Virus record (IMG/VR): IMGVR_UViG_3300030107_006817
Location: 1 to 26,984 of that record
Direction: 5' to 3' (one strand)
Source of the DNA: a virus
Taxonomy: Duplodnaviria; Caudoviricetes
DNA: 26,984 nt
Shown: positions 1 to 9,109 of the stretch, piece by piece
Numbering within the stretch: the stretch's first letter is position 1
How the letters are laid out: each line of letters begins with the position of its first letter
Made by a program: the position numbers and the translations under genes
The notes under the pieces: generated by a model
What the model was told of the DNA's origin: nothing
What the model saw: the letters and a program-made list of their open reading frames with translations, nothing else
Databases searched by the model: none

Positions 1-2
1 GC

Positions 3-2378
3 TTTATAAGTATTCACGGAACTTATGGTATTAAGGTCAACAGACCCGTTCAAATCTATCGTGGTCGCGTTAATTTCTACTTCGTCGGTTGCGTTTATAT
101 CTAAAGTAGTTGCGTTGGGTGCTGTGATATTTTGGGATGCGTCATTAAACTGAAGTTGCATCGTGCTATTTAGTAATAATCCAGTGTCTGCTACGTGAGT
201 CAATGTGACATCATTATCTGCACCAAAACCCAATACAGCCGCATCGCTAGCTAATTTAATGTCATTCACGAATAGTGCATTGCCTTCATCACTTCCATCA
301 AATGTCACCGCAGTCACAGAGGCTCCTGCATCGTCCACCTTAATAATAACATCGGCATCATTTGCCTGTGCGTCTATTGTTATATTTCCAGTAGTTGTCG
401 CAATGGAGACTGCTGCATCGCCTGTTGTGATATTGTCTGCGGCCAATGACGAAGCTGTAACATTAGCAAAGGCGATGTCTGTTCCGTCTGATGTTAAAAC
501 TTGACCATCACTTCCTGGGCCAATAACCGAAGGATCTCCGCTAGAATCGCCTATAATTAGTTTGCCTCTTGCGATTCCTGCCATCTTTGCAAGCGTCACA
601 GCGTTGTCTTGTATGTCTGCTGTTTCAATAGTGTCGTTAGGGAAAGTTGGAACTGCACTAAAAGCAACCACTCCGCCAGAGGATATAGACATCGCATCTG
701 TGTCAGAAGCCGAGCCGATGTTTCCGGTATCCGGTATAACGATGTTTCCACCAGTGGTCATAGTGCCGCCGCCAGTGTAAGTCCCTGATACATCAAGATT
801 TGCATTGATGTCTGCCAACGTAGCATTTATCTCTACTTCATCTGTCGCATTGATATCTAACACAGTGGCACTTGGGGCAGTTATGTTCTGAGACGCATCA
901 TTAAACTGAAGTTGCATTGTTCCATTCAGCAGTAATCCAGTGTCAGCCACATGGGTCAACGTAACATCTTGGTCGTCGCCAAATTTTAGAACAGCCGCAT
1001 CACTGTCCAGCAATAAGTCATCGCCAATAGTCACATCGTCTGTTACAGTAAGATCCTGAGAAATTGTCACCAACCCAGCCGAAGATATTGCTATTGCATC
1101 GGTATCGCCAACAGAACCTATATTCCCATCATTCGGGATGACAATATTTCCGCCAGTGGTCATCGTACCACCACCAGTATAAGTTCCACTAACGTCTAAA
1201 TTTGCATTGATGTCTGCTAATGTTGCATTTATCTCTACTTCGTCTGTTGCATTTATGTCTAGAACTGTTGCGCTTGGGGCATTTATATATTGACTAGCGT
1301 CGTTAAACTGTAATTGCATCGTGCTGTTCAAAAGCAACCCAGTGTCCGCCACGTGGGTTAAAGTGACGTCTTGATCGTCGCCAAACTGGATGGCTGCAGC
1401 ATCGCTGTCAAGTATTAAGTCATCCCCCACAGTCACATCATTAGTGACTCCCAAGGAAGTAAGTGTCCCAACAGAAGTTATGTTTGTTTGTGCTGCTGTG
1501 GAAAGCGTTCCTGCGATAGTTCCACCTGAAACATTTATACCAGCACTAAAAACTGGTATCTGATTCATAGTCACAACACCAGCCGAAGATATAGCAACTG
1601 CATCTGTGTCTCCGGCAGACCCTATATTTCCATCGTTTGGAATAACAATGTTTCCTCCAGTGGTCATTAAACCACCGCCAGTGTAAGTGCCTGATACATC
1701 AAGATTTGCGTTCACATCAGCCAATGTGGCATTGATTTCCACTTCATCTGTCGCATTGATATCTAATACAGTAGCACTTGGGGCAGTTATGTTCTGACTA
1801 GAGTCGTTAAACTGCAACTGCATCGTGCCATTTAACAAAAGCCCTGTGTCAGCCACGTGAGTTAAAGTGACGTCACTGTCTGTGCCAAAATTAAGAACAG
1901 CACCATCGCTTTTAAGACTTACATCATCTCCGAATACAACATCATTAGCAAGCAAGCTCGTAACCGCAGCACCACTACCAGCACCATCGGCATAAACTAT
2001 GTCGAACGCACCATTGGCAACAGTGACTGTATCACCTGTGCCTTGCTTGACAATGACGGAATATGGACCAGAACTTCCACTGTCTGTCGTGGCATTAACA
2101 ACGAAATATAATTTGTCTTGGTCGTTAGGACTTATTGTAACTGTATTGTTTGCACCCAATGCACCTGTGAACAAAAGAACTCTATACATCCCATCAGTCA
2201 AAGTTCCATCAGTTGTTGTAAGTGTATGGGTGGTTCCTGACAACGATATAGAGCCAACGCCAGAGAGAACTCGATCAATGATATCGAAATTTGTGTTAAG
2301 CGTTGCACCCCAAGTCCCAGTTTGCTCTCCTGGATTTGGTTTTTCTATTCCGTTGTTTGCTGTGTAACTGCTGGCCAT
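3..2378 (-). CDS. Tail fibre protein A (C-terminus truncated by window edge, >=792 aa); not in the ORF track
   Basis: ATG at 2378 directly follows the TAA of the upstream fibre gene. Hand translation reads MASSYTANNGIEKPNPGEQTGTWGATLNTNFDIIDRVLSGVGSISLSGTTHTLTTTDG..., paralogous to the N-terminus of 2379..4094. It carries four copies of DVTLTHVADTGLLLNxTMQLQFNDxSQxIxAPxATxLDINATDEVEINAT and stays open to the edge (...DLNTISSVNTYK). Confidence 0.88.
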   Translation of the reverse strand, partial: MASSYTANNGIEKPNPGEQTGTWGATLNTNFDIIDRVLSGVGSISLSGTTHTLTTTDGTLTDGMYRVLLFTGALGANNTVTISPNDQDKLYFVVNATTDSGSSGPYSVIVKQGTGDTVTVANGAFDIVYADGAGSGAAVTSLLANDVVFGDDVSLKSDGAVLNFGTDSDVTLTHVADTGLLLNGTMQLQFNDSSQNITAPSATVLDINATDEVEINATLADVNANLDVSGTYTGGGLMTTGGNIVIPNDGNIGSAGDTDAVAISSAGVVTMNQIPVFSAGINVSGGTIAGTLSTAAQTNITSVGTLTSLGVTNDVTVGDDLILDSDAAAIQFGDDQDVTLTHVADTGLLLNSTMQLQFNDASQYINAPSATVLDINATDEVEINATLADINANLDVSGTYTGGGTMTTGGNIVIPNDGNIGSVGDTDAIAISSAGLVTISQDLTVTDDVTIGDDLLLDSDAAVLKFGDDQDVTLTHVADTGLLLNGTMQLQFNDASQNITAPSATVLDINATDEVEINATLADINANLDVSGTYTGGGTMTTGGNIVIPDTGNIGSASDTDAMSISSGGVVAFSAVPTFPNDTIETADIQDNAVTLAKMAGIARGKLIIGDSSGDPSVIGPGSDGQVLTSDGTDIAFANVTASSLAADNITTGDAAVSIATTTGNITIDAQANDADVIIKVDDAGASVTAVTFDGSDEGNALFVNDIKLASDAAVLGFGADNDVTLTHVADTGLLLNSTMQLQFNDASQNITAPNATTLDINATDEVEINATTIDLNGSVDLNTISSVNTYK
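28..172. repeat. 145-nt near-identical duplication shared with 5512..5656 (fibre A vs fibre C)
   Basis: Direct comparison at offset 5484 shows only 3 mismatches (48/5532, 111/5595, 117/5601). Confidence 0.9.
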
Positions 2379-4094
2379 TTATTTTGCTTCCAGAGACGCA
2401 ACTTTAGTTTCTAATGCCTCAATCCGCTCCATTGCCTCCTGAAGTGCTTTTAGGGCTTTCATATGGATAACGGAATACTTCACGCTTTTATGTGATTTTT
2501 GGTTTCCGCTGGAATCTAAAACAGGAACATCATCGCCGCCATCATCCGCCGGATTGAACTCCAAGTGTGTTTTCACCAGCTTATCCATACCTGCCGATTC
2601 AAGTTCTTGTGCAATAACCCCTATCATGTTTGGCGCATCTGCGCTCTCTTCTTTGAAAGAAAACTTGCGGACACGCATTGCCTTGATGTCATTCCATTGA
2701 CTACCACTATCAACAATGTTCTCCTTAAGATTCAGGTCAGACGTAGCTCCATATGAATTTGTTGCGCTTTGGAAATCGCCATTAACCTCTATTTCTGATT
2801 TGAGCGTACCGCTTACTTTATTTTGCCATACAGGATCACCAGCGGTGGTTCCATTCGCCACCACCATCTTAGTAAAAGTCGTCCCGTCTGTTCCCTGATC
2901 GTCATAGATAATAATCCCTTTCCCGTCCATGTCCGTATAGTTGTCGTTAGCCTGATTACGGCCCATGTAAATAACGCCTCTTTCATAGAAAGAGTTAAGG
3001 GATGTGTCACCAGCCTCTATGCGAAATCCTTGAGTGAGATAAACATTGCCAGAAGAGTTAATTTGTACTGCGTCCGTGTCACTAGCAGACCCTATATACC
3101 CACTGTTGGGGATGACAATGTTGCCGCCAGTGGTCATTGTGCCGCCGCCATTGTAAGTCCCAGCGGCTGTTACGTTTGCACCACTAAACGTAAGCGCAGT
3201 CGTTGTTCCGGATTTTATAATAAGGTTGCCAGAGGAGTTTGTTGCGCTACCAAAGGTAGTACCGTCATCTTTAAAAAGTATATCCGCCCCATTAGCGTCT
3301 AATACAATATCTCCCTCTGAATCCAAAGTAACTGTAGTACCATCTGCTTCAAAAGTTCCGTCGGCGGTTATGGTTATGTTGGCTGCCGCTGCGTCGTCAT
3401 CCGTCGTGACAATACTTAGCGTTCCGTTAGTGCCTGCCGTAAATACCGCCGTATCACTAGTAGAACCTGTCATTGTAATGACCTTACCGTCTATAGCAAC
3501 GTCATCTACGGAAAGAGCCACGCCCGTTATTGTACCTCCCGAAGCATTTATACCCGCACTAAAGACGGGTATTTGATTCATGGTGACTACACCGCCCGAT
3601 GAAATAGCTATGGCATCTGTATCGGACGCTGAACCTATGTTTCCCGCGTCTGGAATAATGATGTTCCCCGTGGTTAACGTCTTACTCAGAATGCTGGTAA
3701 CAGCCGCACTGCCCGTATTGCCGTCCGCATAGATGATGTCTGCCCCGCCATTAGGAACCGTTACATTAGCGCCGGAACCTTGTGTAAAAATAGCGGACTG
3801 ACCACTGCTATTAACTACAAAATATATTTTTTGCTGATCATTGGGGCTAATAGTAATTGTGTTTGTTCCACTAGGACTGCCACTTAGTACCAGAACCTTG
3901 AACTGTCCGTCTGTCGTCGCACCATCGGTAGTTGTCAAAGTATGTGTTGTACCACTTAATGTTATGGTCCCCACCCCGGATAAGGCGCGGTCGATGATGT
4001 CCATGTTTTCATTAACCATGTCCCCCCACGTTCCGTCCAAATCGCCTTTTGCGGGTTTTTCCATGCCGTTATTGGCTGAATATGTACTTGCCAT
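2379..4094 (-). CDS. Tail fibre/spike protein B with C-terminal intramolecular chaperone (Peptidase S74-like)
   Basis: 571 aa, G/T/S/D-rich beta-repeat shaft. The C-terminus has ...YGATSDLNLKENI...IGVIAQELE...VKYS...LQEAMERIEALE, the S-D-x-x-x-K autocleavage motif, GxIAQE motif and coiled coil typical of S74 chaperones. Confidence 0.87.
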   Translation of the reverse strand: MASTYSANNGMEKPAKGDLDGTWGDMVNENMDIIDRALSGVGTITLSGTTHTLTTTDGATTDGQFKVLVLSGSPSGTNTITISPNDQQKIYFVVNSSGQSAIFTQGSGANVTVPNGGADIIYADGNTGSAAVTSILSKTLTTGNIIIPDAGNIGSASDTDAIAISSGGVVTMNQIPVFSAGINASGGTITGVALSVDDVAIDGKVITMTGSTSDTAVFTAGTNGTLSIVTTDDDAAAANITITADGTFEADGTTVTLDSEGDIVLDANGADILFKDDGTTFGSATNSSGNLIIKSGTTTALTFSGANVTAAGTYNGGGTMTTGGNIVIPNSGYIGSASDTDAVQINSSGNVYLTQGFRIEAGDTSLNSFYERGVIYMGRNQANDNYTDMDGKGIIIYDDQGTDGTTFTKMVVANGTTAGDPVWQNKVSGTLKSEIEVNGDFQSATNSYGATSDLNLKENIVDSGSQWNDIKAMRVRKFSFKEESADAPNMIGVIAQELESAGMDKLVKTHLEFNPADDGGDDVPVLDSSGNQKSHKSVKYSVIHMKALKALQEAMERIEALETKVASLEAK

Positions 4095-4103
4095 AATATA
4101 TTC

Positions 4104-4871
4104 CTATGCTGCTATGTCTTCCCAACCCGGATCTTGGTCCGGGGTAATTGTGCCATAACTCGGACTCTGGCTGGGTGTTATGGGGCTGTAACTTGGACTC
4201 TGGCTTGGCGCAATCGCACTATAGCCCGGACTCTGGCTGGGTGTTATGGGGCTGTAACTTGGATCCTGATCTGGGACAATAGCGTCCCAAATCAAAACAC
4301 TTCCCACCGCACCTGTGGCTACTACCCCTGTAACGGACACAGGGATGACCACTGTACCCACGGCACCTGTACCTGCTACGCCAGTAACGCTTACCGTCAC
4401 GCCTGTGCCTTCTGTTATGGTAACAGAGCCTATAGCACCTGTGCCTGCTACGCCCGTGACAGAAACGGGGATGACCACTGTACCAACAGCACCTGTCCCC
4501 GCCACACCTGTGGCACTGACCGTCACTCCAGACCCTTCGGTTACAGTAACCGACCCTACAGCACCTGTGCCTGCTACGCCCGTAGCACTGACCGTTACCC
4601 CAGATCCCTCTGTTATGGTGACTGACCCTACCGCGCCAGTACCCGCTAAACCCGTAGCACTAATCGTTACCCCAGATCCCTCTGTTATGGTGACTGATCC
4701 AACAGAACCTGTACCAGATACGCCTGTGGCAGATACGTTAGCCTCCCCTGTAGCAGTTACTGATCCAACAGAACCTGTACCAGATACGCCTGTGGCACTA
4801 ACTGTTACCGATACTGATACAACAGCTTCTGCGGAAAAAGGTGCTTCGGAAAATGTCTGTAGTGTGAACAT
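4104..4871 (-). CDS. Repeat-rich virion fibre/structural protein (V/T/G/S beta repeats, C-terminal YSPITPSQSP repeats)
   Basis: 255 aa with tandem units like SVTITEGSGVTVSATGVAGTGAVG. Exact DNA duplications at 4693-4731/4759-4797 and 4161-4197/4227-4263. Lies between fibre genes. Confidence 0.75.
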   Translation of the reverse strand: MFTLQTFSEAPFSAEAVVSVSVTVSATGVSGTGSVGSVTATGEANVSATGVSGTGSVGSVTITEGSGVTISATGLAGTGAVGSVTITEGSGVTVSATGVAGTGAVGSVTVTEGSGVTVSATGVAGTGAVGTVVIPVSVTGVAGTGAIGSVTITEGTGVTVSVTGVAGTGAVGTVVIPVSVTGVVATGAVGSVLIWDAIVPDQDPSYSPITPSQSPGYSAIAPSQSPSYSPITPSQSPSYGTITPDQDPGWEDIAA

Positions 4872-4874
4872 TCT

Positions 4875-6341
4875 CTACGAAGCCTCTAGTGTTGCGACTC
4901 TTGCTTTTAGAGCAGTCATCTCAGACTCAAGCGACTCTATTTTCGCCATCGCTTCCTGTAACGCCTTTAGAGCCTTCATGTGTAAGACACTGTACTTAAC
5001 TGTTTTGTAATTAGTAGCATTACCATCCGAATCCAATACTGGCTCATCTGGGCCATCTCCGTCAGCAGGAGGATTCATGTATGGTTTTGTCTTAACCAGA
5101 CCACTCATGCCGGATGCTTCAAGTTCTTGGGCAATAACGCCTATTTGTGTCGGGCCAGAAGTCTTGTCTGCAATAAACGAATACTTACGAACTCGCATCG
5201 CTTTAACATCATTCCACTGACTGGGCGAGTCAACAATGTGTTCTTTAAGTCGTGAGTCGGATGTCGAACCATATGAATTTGTCGCAGATTGGTAGTCTCC
5301 GTTAGACTCGATTTCGGACTTAATTGCGCTGGCACTACGGGACTGCCATACGGGTGAGCCGCCAGACGTACTATAGGCCAACACTCTTGTATAATTGTTC
5401 GCATCGTAGTATGTGTAATACCCACGAGCGTCAGTTTCATAATATACATCAGCAGCGGTACGCCCCTGAAAAACGCTCTGACCAGTTTTGTAAGTATTAA
5501 CGGCACTGACTGTATTAAGGTCAACAGACCCATTCAAATCTATCGTGGTCGCGTTAATTTCTACTTCGTCGGTTGCGTTTATATCTAAAGTAGTAGCGTT
5601 TGGTGCTGTGATATTTTGGGATGCGTCATTAAACTGAAGTTGCATCGTGCTATTTAACAAAAGACCTGTGTCATGCACATGAGTTAAAGTGACATCACTA
5701 TTTGCACCAAAACCCACTACAGCCCCGTCAGTAGGGAGTGTTAGATTCCCTCCAGAGGACAAAGACATTTTTTCAGAAGCTGCCTCAGAAGCCCCTGTTT
5801 TAAATGACAATTTAGTGGCATTGCTACTTGAGCTAAAATCTCCTTCTGAAACGGCTGCTATTTCCGCTGCCACTAGAATTGCATCCGTTCCCGCCGCTTC
5901 ATCGGGAGCTTGGAATTGCACTTTTCCTAGTGCATCATCCGCTGCAATATCTGTCTCACCTGTTTGGAGTAACAGAACCGCAGGTTTGTCATCCCCTGTT
6001 TCTGTGGCTTTTATAGTGACATTACCTTCTGCATCACCATAAATTGACTTACTAGCCGGATATACTACAAAGACATCTTTACTGTCTGAAGAAAAATTTA
6101 CCGCATTATTAGAGTTAGTAGAAGCCAGTACAGTTGTCCGGGCTAGTGTTGTCCCACTTGACGTATAAGTTCCTAGCCCTACTTCCCAGTTTGTACCGTC
6201 AATAACGGCGTAATAAGTAGTATTTCCATCGCCTATTGCAGAAAATGCCTGAAATCCAGACGCTGCTCCAGCTAAAGTAAGCGTACCTGTACCAGAAGTG
6301 GTAGAGGTTTCCTTTACGCGATCTTTTACAACTAGAGCCAT
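4875..6341 (-). CDS. Tail fibre protein C with C-terminal intramolecular chaperone (Peptidase S74-like)
   Basis: 488 aa. N-terminus MALVVKDRVKETSTTSGTGTLTLAGA...WEVGLGTY is a common phage fibre anchor type. One DVTLTHVHDTGLLLN module. C-terminal TSDSRLKEHI...GVIAQELE...coiled coil. Confidence 0.87.
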   Translation of the reverse strand: MALVVKDRVKETSTTSGTGTLTLAGAASGFQAFSAIGDGNTTYYAVIDGTNWEVGLGTYTSSGTTLARTTVLASTNSNNAVNFSSDSKDVFVVYPASKSIYGDAEGNVTIKATETGDDKPAVLLLQTGETDIAADDALGKVQFQAPDEAAGTDAILVAAEIAAVSEGDFSSSSNATKLSFKTGASEAASEKMSLSSGGNLTLPTDGAVVGFGANSDVTLTHVHDTGLLLNSTMQLQFNDASQNITAPNATTLDINATDEVEINATTIDLNGSVDLNTVSAVNTYKTGQSVFQGRTAADVYYETDARGYYTYYDANNYTRVLAYSTSGGSPVWQSRSASAIKSEIESNGDYQSATNSYGSTSDSRLKEHIVDSPSQWNDVKAMRVRKYSFIADKTSGPTQIGVIAQELEASGMSGLVKTKPYMNPPADGDGPDEPVLDSDGNATNYKTVKYSVLHMKALKALQEAMAKIESLESEMTALKARVATLEAS

Positions 6342-6346
6342 TGTGG

Positions 6347-6778
6347 TTAGGCAATCCTTATAATCGCATTACTAGCGTCTGCGGCAGGAAACGCAATCGT
6401 AAAATCTCCTGAGCTAGAAGACTTGTCCGATCCAAAATTTAAAACCAACACGGAAGGATCCCCACTAGCCGAGTCGTTAAAAATCAAGGCCCCTCTTGCT
6501 GTAATGGTGCTAGAAGACCAAGTAGTATCTGCAAAATCTGTTAACGCCGTTGTACCACTGGTTGTAGGGTCTACACGAGTTAACGTGTTACCTTTAGCCG
6601 TATAATTAGTCCCACTAACTTCATTACTTGTTGTATAAGCTGTTGTAGAAGCGTCTAAAGAAGCGCTTGACGTATACAACGCTATTAAAAAGGTACTCCC
6701 ACCACTATTTAAAAAATTGTGTTTAGCTTCAAGTATTTCCTTCTTGAAACTTGTACACATTGCTTGTGTTATTGCCAT
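6347..6778 (-). CDS. Conserved small virion structural (tail-associated) protein
   Basis: 143 aa, MAITQAMCTSFKKE...IALYTSSA...NEVSGTNY...ITARGALIFN...FGSDK, a pattern I recognise from phage structural proteins; lies in the tail module. Confidence 0.7.
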   Translation of the reverse strand: MAITQAMCTSFKKEILEAKHNFLNSGGSTFLIALYTSSASLDASTTAYTTSNEVSGTNYTAKGNTLTRVDPTTSGTTALTDFADTTWSSSTITARGALIFNDSASGDPSVLVLNFGSDKSSSSGDFTIAFPAADASNAIIRIA

Positions 6779-7069
6779 TTATATATCCTCTATGTTTTTA
6801 GCTATATCCAAATGCCCCTGCTTTTCTAGCATTACTTTTATAGTTGTCCGTTCACTTTGGGCAACTTTATGGAAGTAATCCACCAACAACGCCTTTATTT
6901 GCGCTCTGTACGCAATCGCTTGTTCACGTAATGGCATCGGTGTATCCGCAGAAATAGAAACAATACGTTTAACGGCTAATTCTGCCCATTCTTCAGCGTT
7001 CATGCCCCTATCAGTTGTTGTGACAACCAAAGGGTTTCCTACATCTGATTCTACGCCTACGCTAAACAT
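6779..7069 (-). CDS. Hypothetical phage protein
   Basis: 96 aa, coupled at both ends (TAATG overlap at 7069; TAA directly before the next ATG at 6778). Confidence 0.7.
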   Translation of the reverse strand: MFSVGVESDVGNPLVVTTTDRGMNAEEWAELAVKRIVSISADTPMPLREQAIAYRAQIKALLVDYFHKVAQSERTTIKVMLEKQGHLDIAKNIEDI

Positions 7070-7923
7070 TATTGCTTCGGCCTAATAACTTTACCCGCCC
7101 TGTACTCGTCGGTAGGTTCTTTAGATTCACCAAAAAGTTTCATCGCTATAATAGACTCCCCTAGTCGTTTTTCGTACTCCTGCATTAACGTAGGATCACC
7201 TTTCATATAGGTATAGGCTTCTACTAAAGAGCCGTACAGTATGGCTAACGGTGCATTTTCACTTAACCATGTTTTGGTTGTGTCGGCACTAGTAGATACC
7301 ACGGTTCCGGTAGCCCCGCTGGTTGCCCCGGTCACCGTCTCCCCTACTGTAAAATCTGTACTGGGTATGATTATGTTGAAAACAGTCGAGCTTGTGACAG
7401 AAGAAATAGTGGTTACCGCCCCGCTGGTTCCCCCTGTAATTGTCTCAGAGGCTTGAAATGTCCCTGAAACGCCGCTTACAGTAAGATTAAATTTACTTTG
7501 TGTCAGGCTGTCCGGACGATAATAATAGTGAAGCTCTGCGGTATATGCGCCATCTGGCGTTGGGCCTAAGATAAAGTTATTTACGTCAAAAACGGCATAA
7601 AACCGGGGTGTTCCTGTAGTCCCCGCATTCGGGTTAAAGGTTTGAACAAAGTCTACGTCTTTAAATTCAAGGAAAATATGCTCACTGCTACTGGTGATCG
7701 ATAAAGAATAGGGCGCTAAAAAGTCGCTGGGAACAGCTAAATACTTATTGGTGTTCGAGGTTGTTCCAGATTGGTTTTTTCGAAAATAGCTTAGTTGGAT
7801 ATTTTTTAAAATGCGCTCCTCGGCATTTTTAATAAAGTCCTCTAGATGCTTAACAAAGCTGGTTTCTGTGTTCTGGGTGTAGTCCTGAATAGCGGTCTTT
7901 AATGTGGTGTATGTATAGCTCAT
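7069..7923 (-). CDS. Putative head-tail adaptor / tail tubular protein (paralog 1) with an inserted beta-repeat domain
   Basis: 284 aa; MSYTYTTLKTAIQDY..., TGTPRFYA...LGPTPDGAY..ELHYYYRP, WLSENA..AILYGSLVEAY motifs typical of podophage adaptor-like proteins. Confidence 0.65.
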   Translation of the reverse strand: MSYTYTTLKTAIQDYTQNTETSFVKHLEDFIKNAEERILKNIQLSYFRKNQSGTTSNTNKYLAVPSDFLAPYSLSITSSSEHIFLEFKDVDFVQTFNPNAGTTGTPRFYAVFDVNNFILGPTPDGAYTAELHYYYRPDSLTQSKFNLTVSGVSGTFQASETITGGTSGAVTTISSVTSSTVFNIIIPSTDFTVGETVTGATSGATGTVVSTSADTTKTWLSENAPLAILYGSLVEAYTYMKGDPTLMQEYEKRLGESIIAMKLFGESKEPTDEYRAGKVIRPKQ

Positions 7924-8225
7924 GTTGTAGTCACCGTTACTGAACCCACATTTCCGGAGGCTTTTGTGGGTATAAAGTCCGCCACCATAGGCTCTCTAAC
8001 CCCAACATAAAGAACCAGTGCTTCGGTTCTGTCGGGCCTTGGATTTTTTAACGCCTGCGGATCGCTTATCTTAGGAAAAGGGCCTATTTGGGGGCTTTTT
8101 GCCTCCCACTCATCAAAACCGACTAATGCGCCCGTCCACTCCTTTTTCATCCGGTTTAACCTATAAGCAAAACCGGATCGATCAGAAATACCTAACGCAT
8201 ATTTTCCTGAAGCAAATTTACTCAT
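7920..8225 (-). CDS. Conserved small phage protein (FASGKYALGISDRSG...DPQALKNPRPD family)
   Basis: 101 aa with ATGA overlaps at both ends; lies between the two adaptor-like genes. Confidence 0.7.
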   Translation of the reverse strand: MSKFASGKYALGISDRSGFAYRLNRMKKEWTGALVGFDEWEAKSPQIGPFPKISDPQALKNPRPDRTEALVLYVGVREPMVADFIPTKASGNVGSVTVTTT

Positions 8226-9109
8226 GCGATAACAGTTCCTGTTACATTAGGTGTAATGTTAAAAGAGGCTCTGTCCCTATCCTCTACCATAGCCCTTTCA
8301 AACTCCTCTTCATAAATGCTTTTAAGCACCGGGATGCGGTTAGGCGCACGTTTCATAGACAAATAGTACGCAAGACCGGCCGCTAGACAAGGGTAAAAAC
8401 GAAAAGGTATTTCCATATTATTGGTAAACGTGTCTGCATCATCCATTCGCATTAGACGGTTAAAAATAATTACGTCTGTGCTGTTTTCTGGAGCAGGCCA
8501 TATTTTTAAAACAGGCTGTATCTGACGGTCTAAAAAGAACTGGGAAGGTCTTCCTGTAGTTGTTTTTGTAGGGATGTTCAAATACGCTTCCCTACTCAAC
8601 CTATCAGCCGCATAATCTGTACCGTCTCTTCGAAGCACAACAGATAAAAAATCTATCGTGGACTTAAAGTCCGTTAAATCGACGGCTGCCGCTAAAGTTG
8701 TTGTTGCGGCACTTGTACCGCCCGTTAATGTCTCACCATTAGAAAAGGTTCCCGTAGGCACTGTGATCGCAAAACTTGTTGTAGAGGGCTTGCTCGTAAT
8801 TTTTGCGGTTGCGGCACTTATACTGCCGGTAATTGTTTCCCCTACCGTAAAACTACCACTAGCCCCAACAGACATGGTTAAGGTTCCCGCTGGATACTCG
8901 GCAATATCCGTAGCCAACGTAATAGATGTCTGACTAATGGTCCATTGATTAAGACCACGATTAGCCCAATCTGCCAACATTAAATTTAAGGAACGTTTAG
9001 CCGTTTTTAAATCGTAGCCTGTACGAACTTCTAAACCACAACGTTCAAACGCCTCTTCAATATAATCAGAAACGTCTAATTCAAAGTCTTTTGAGCTTGA
9101 GGTTGCCAT
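8222..9109 (-). CDS. Putative head-tail adaptor / tail tubular protein (paralog 2) with an inserted beta-repeat domain
   Basis: 295 aa; IEEAFERCG..RTGYDLKTAKRSLNLMLADWANRGLNQW, TTGRPSQFF...IWPAPE, PFRFYPCLAAGLAYY motifs. Confidence 0.68.
   Translation of the reverse strand: MATSSSKDFELDVSDYIEEAFERCGLEVRTGYDLKTAKRSLNLMLADWANRGLNQWTISQTSITLATDIAEYPAGTLTMSVGASGSFTVGETITGSISAATAKITSKPSTTSFAITVPTGTFSNGETLTGGTSAATTTLAAAVDLTDFKSTIDFLSVVLRRDGTDYAADRLSREAYLNIPTKTTTGRPSQFFLDRQIQPVLKIWPAPENSTDVIIFNRLMRMDDADTFTNNMEIPFRFYPCLAAGLAYYLSMKRAPNRIPVLKSIYEEEFERAMVEDRDRASFNITPNVTGTVIA

Noticed and set aside
2376-2381. Stop-codon readthrough or recoding fusing fibres B and A (same frame, TAA-ATG)
   Set aside because: TAA-ATG junctions recur (6779/6778, 9110/9109, 16595/16594) as ordinary coupling. 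A has its own anchor domain, and all three stop codons end genes normally.
4110-4290. Horizontal acquisition of a eukaryotic Pol II CTD
   Set aside because: The period is 11 aa rather than 7, and the terminal units (WDAIVPDQDP, YGTITPDQDP) indicate local expansion of a phage motif.
28-5656. Diversity-generating retroelement (TR/VR pair) in the fibre genes
   Set aside because: Both copies are coding, the three mismatches are synonymous and not adenine-specific, and there is no reverse transcriptase in the window.
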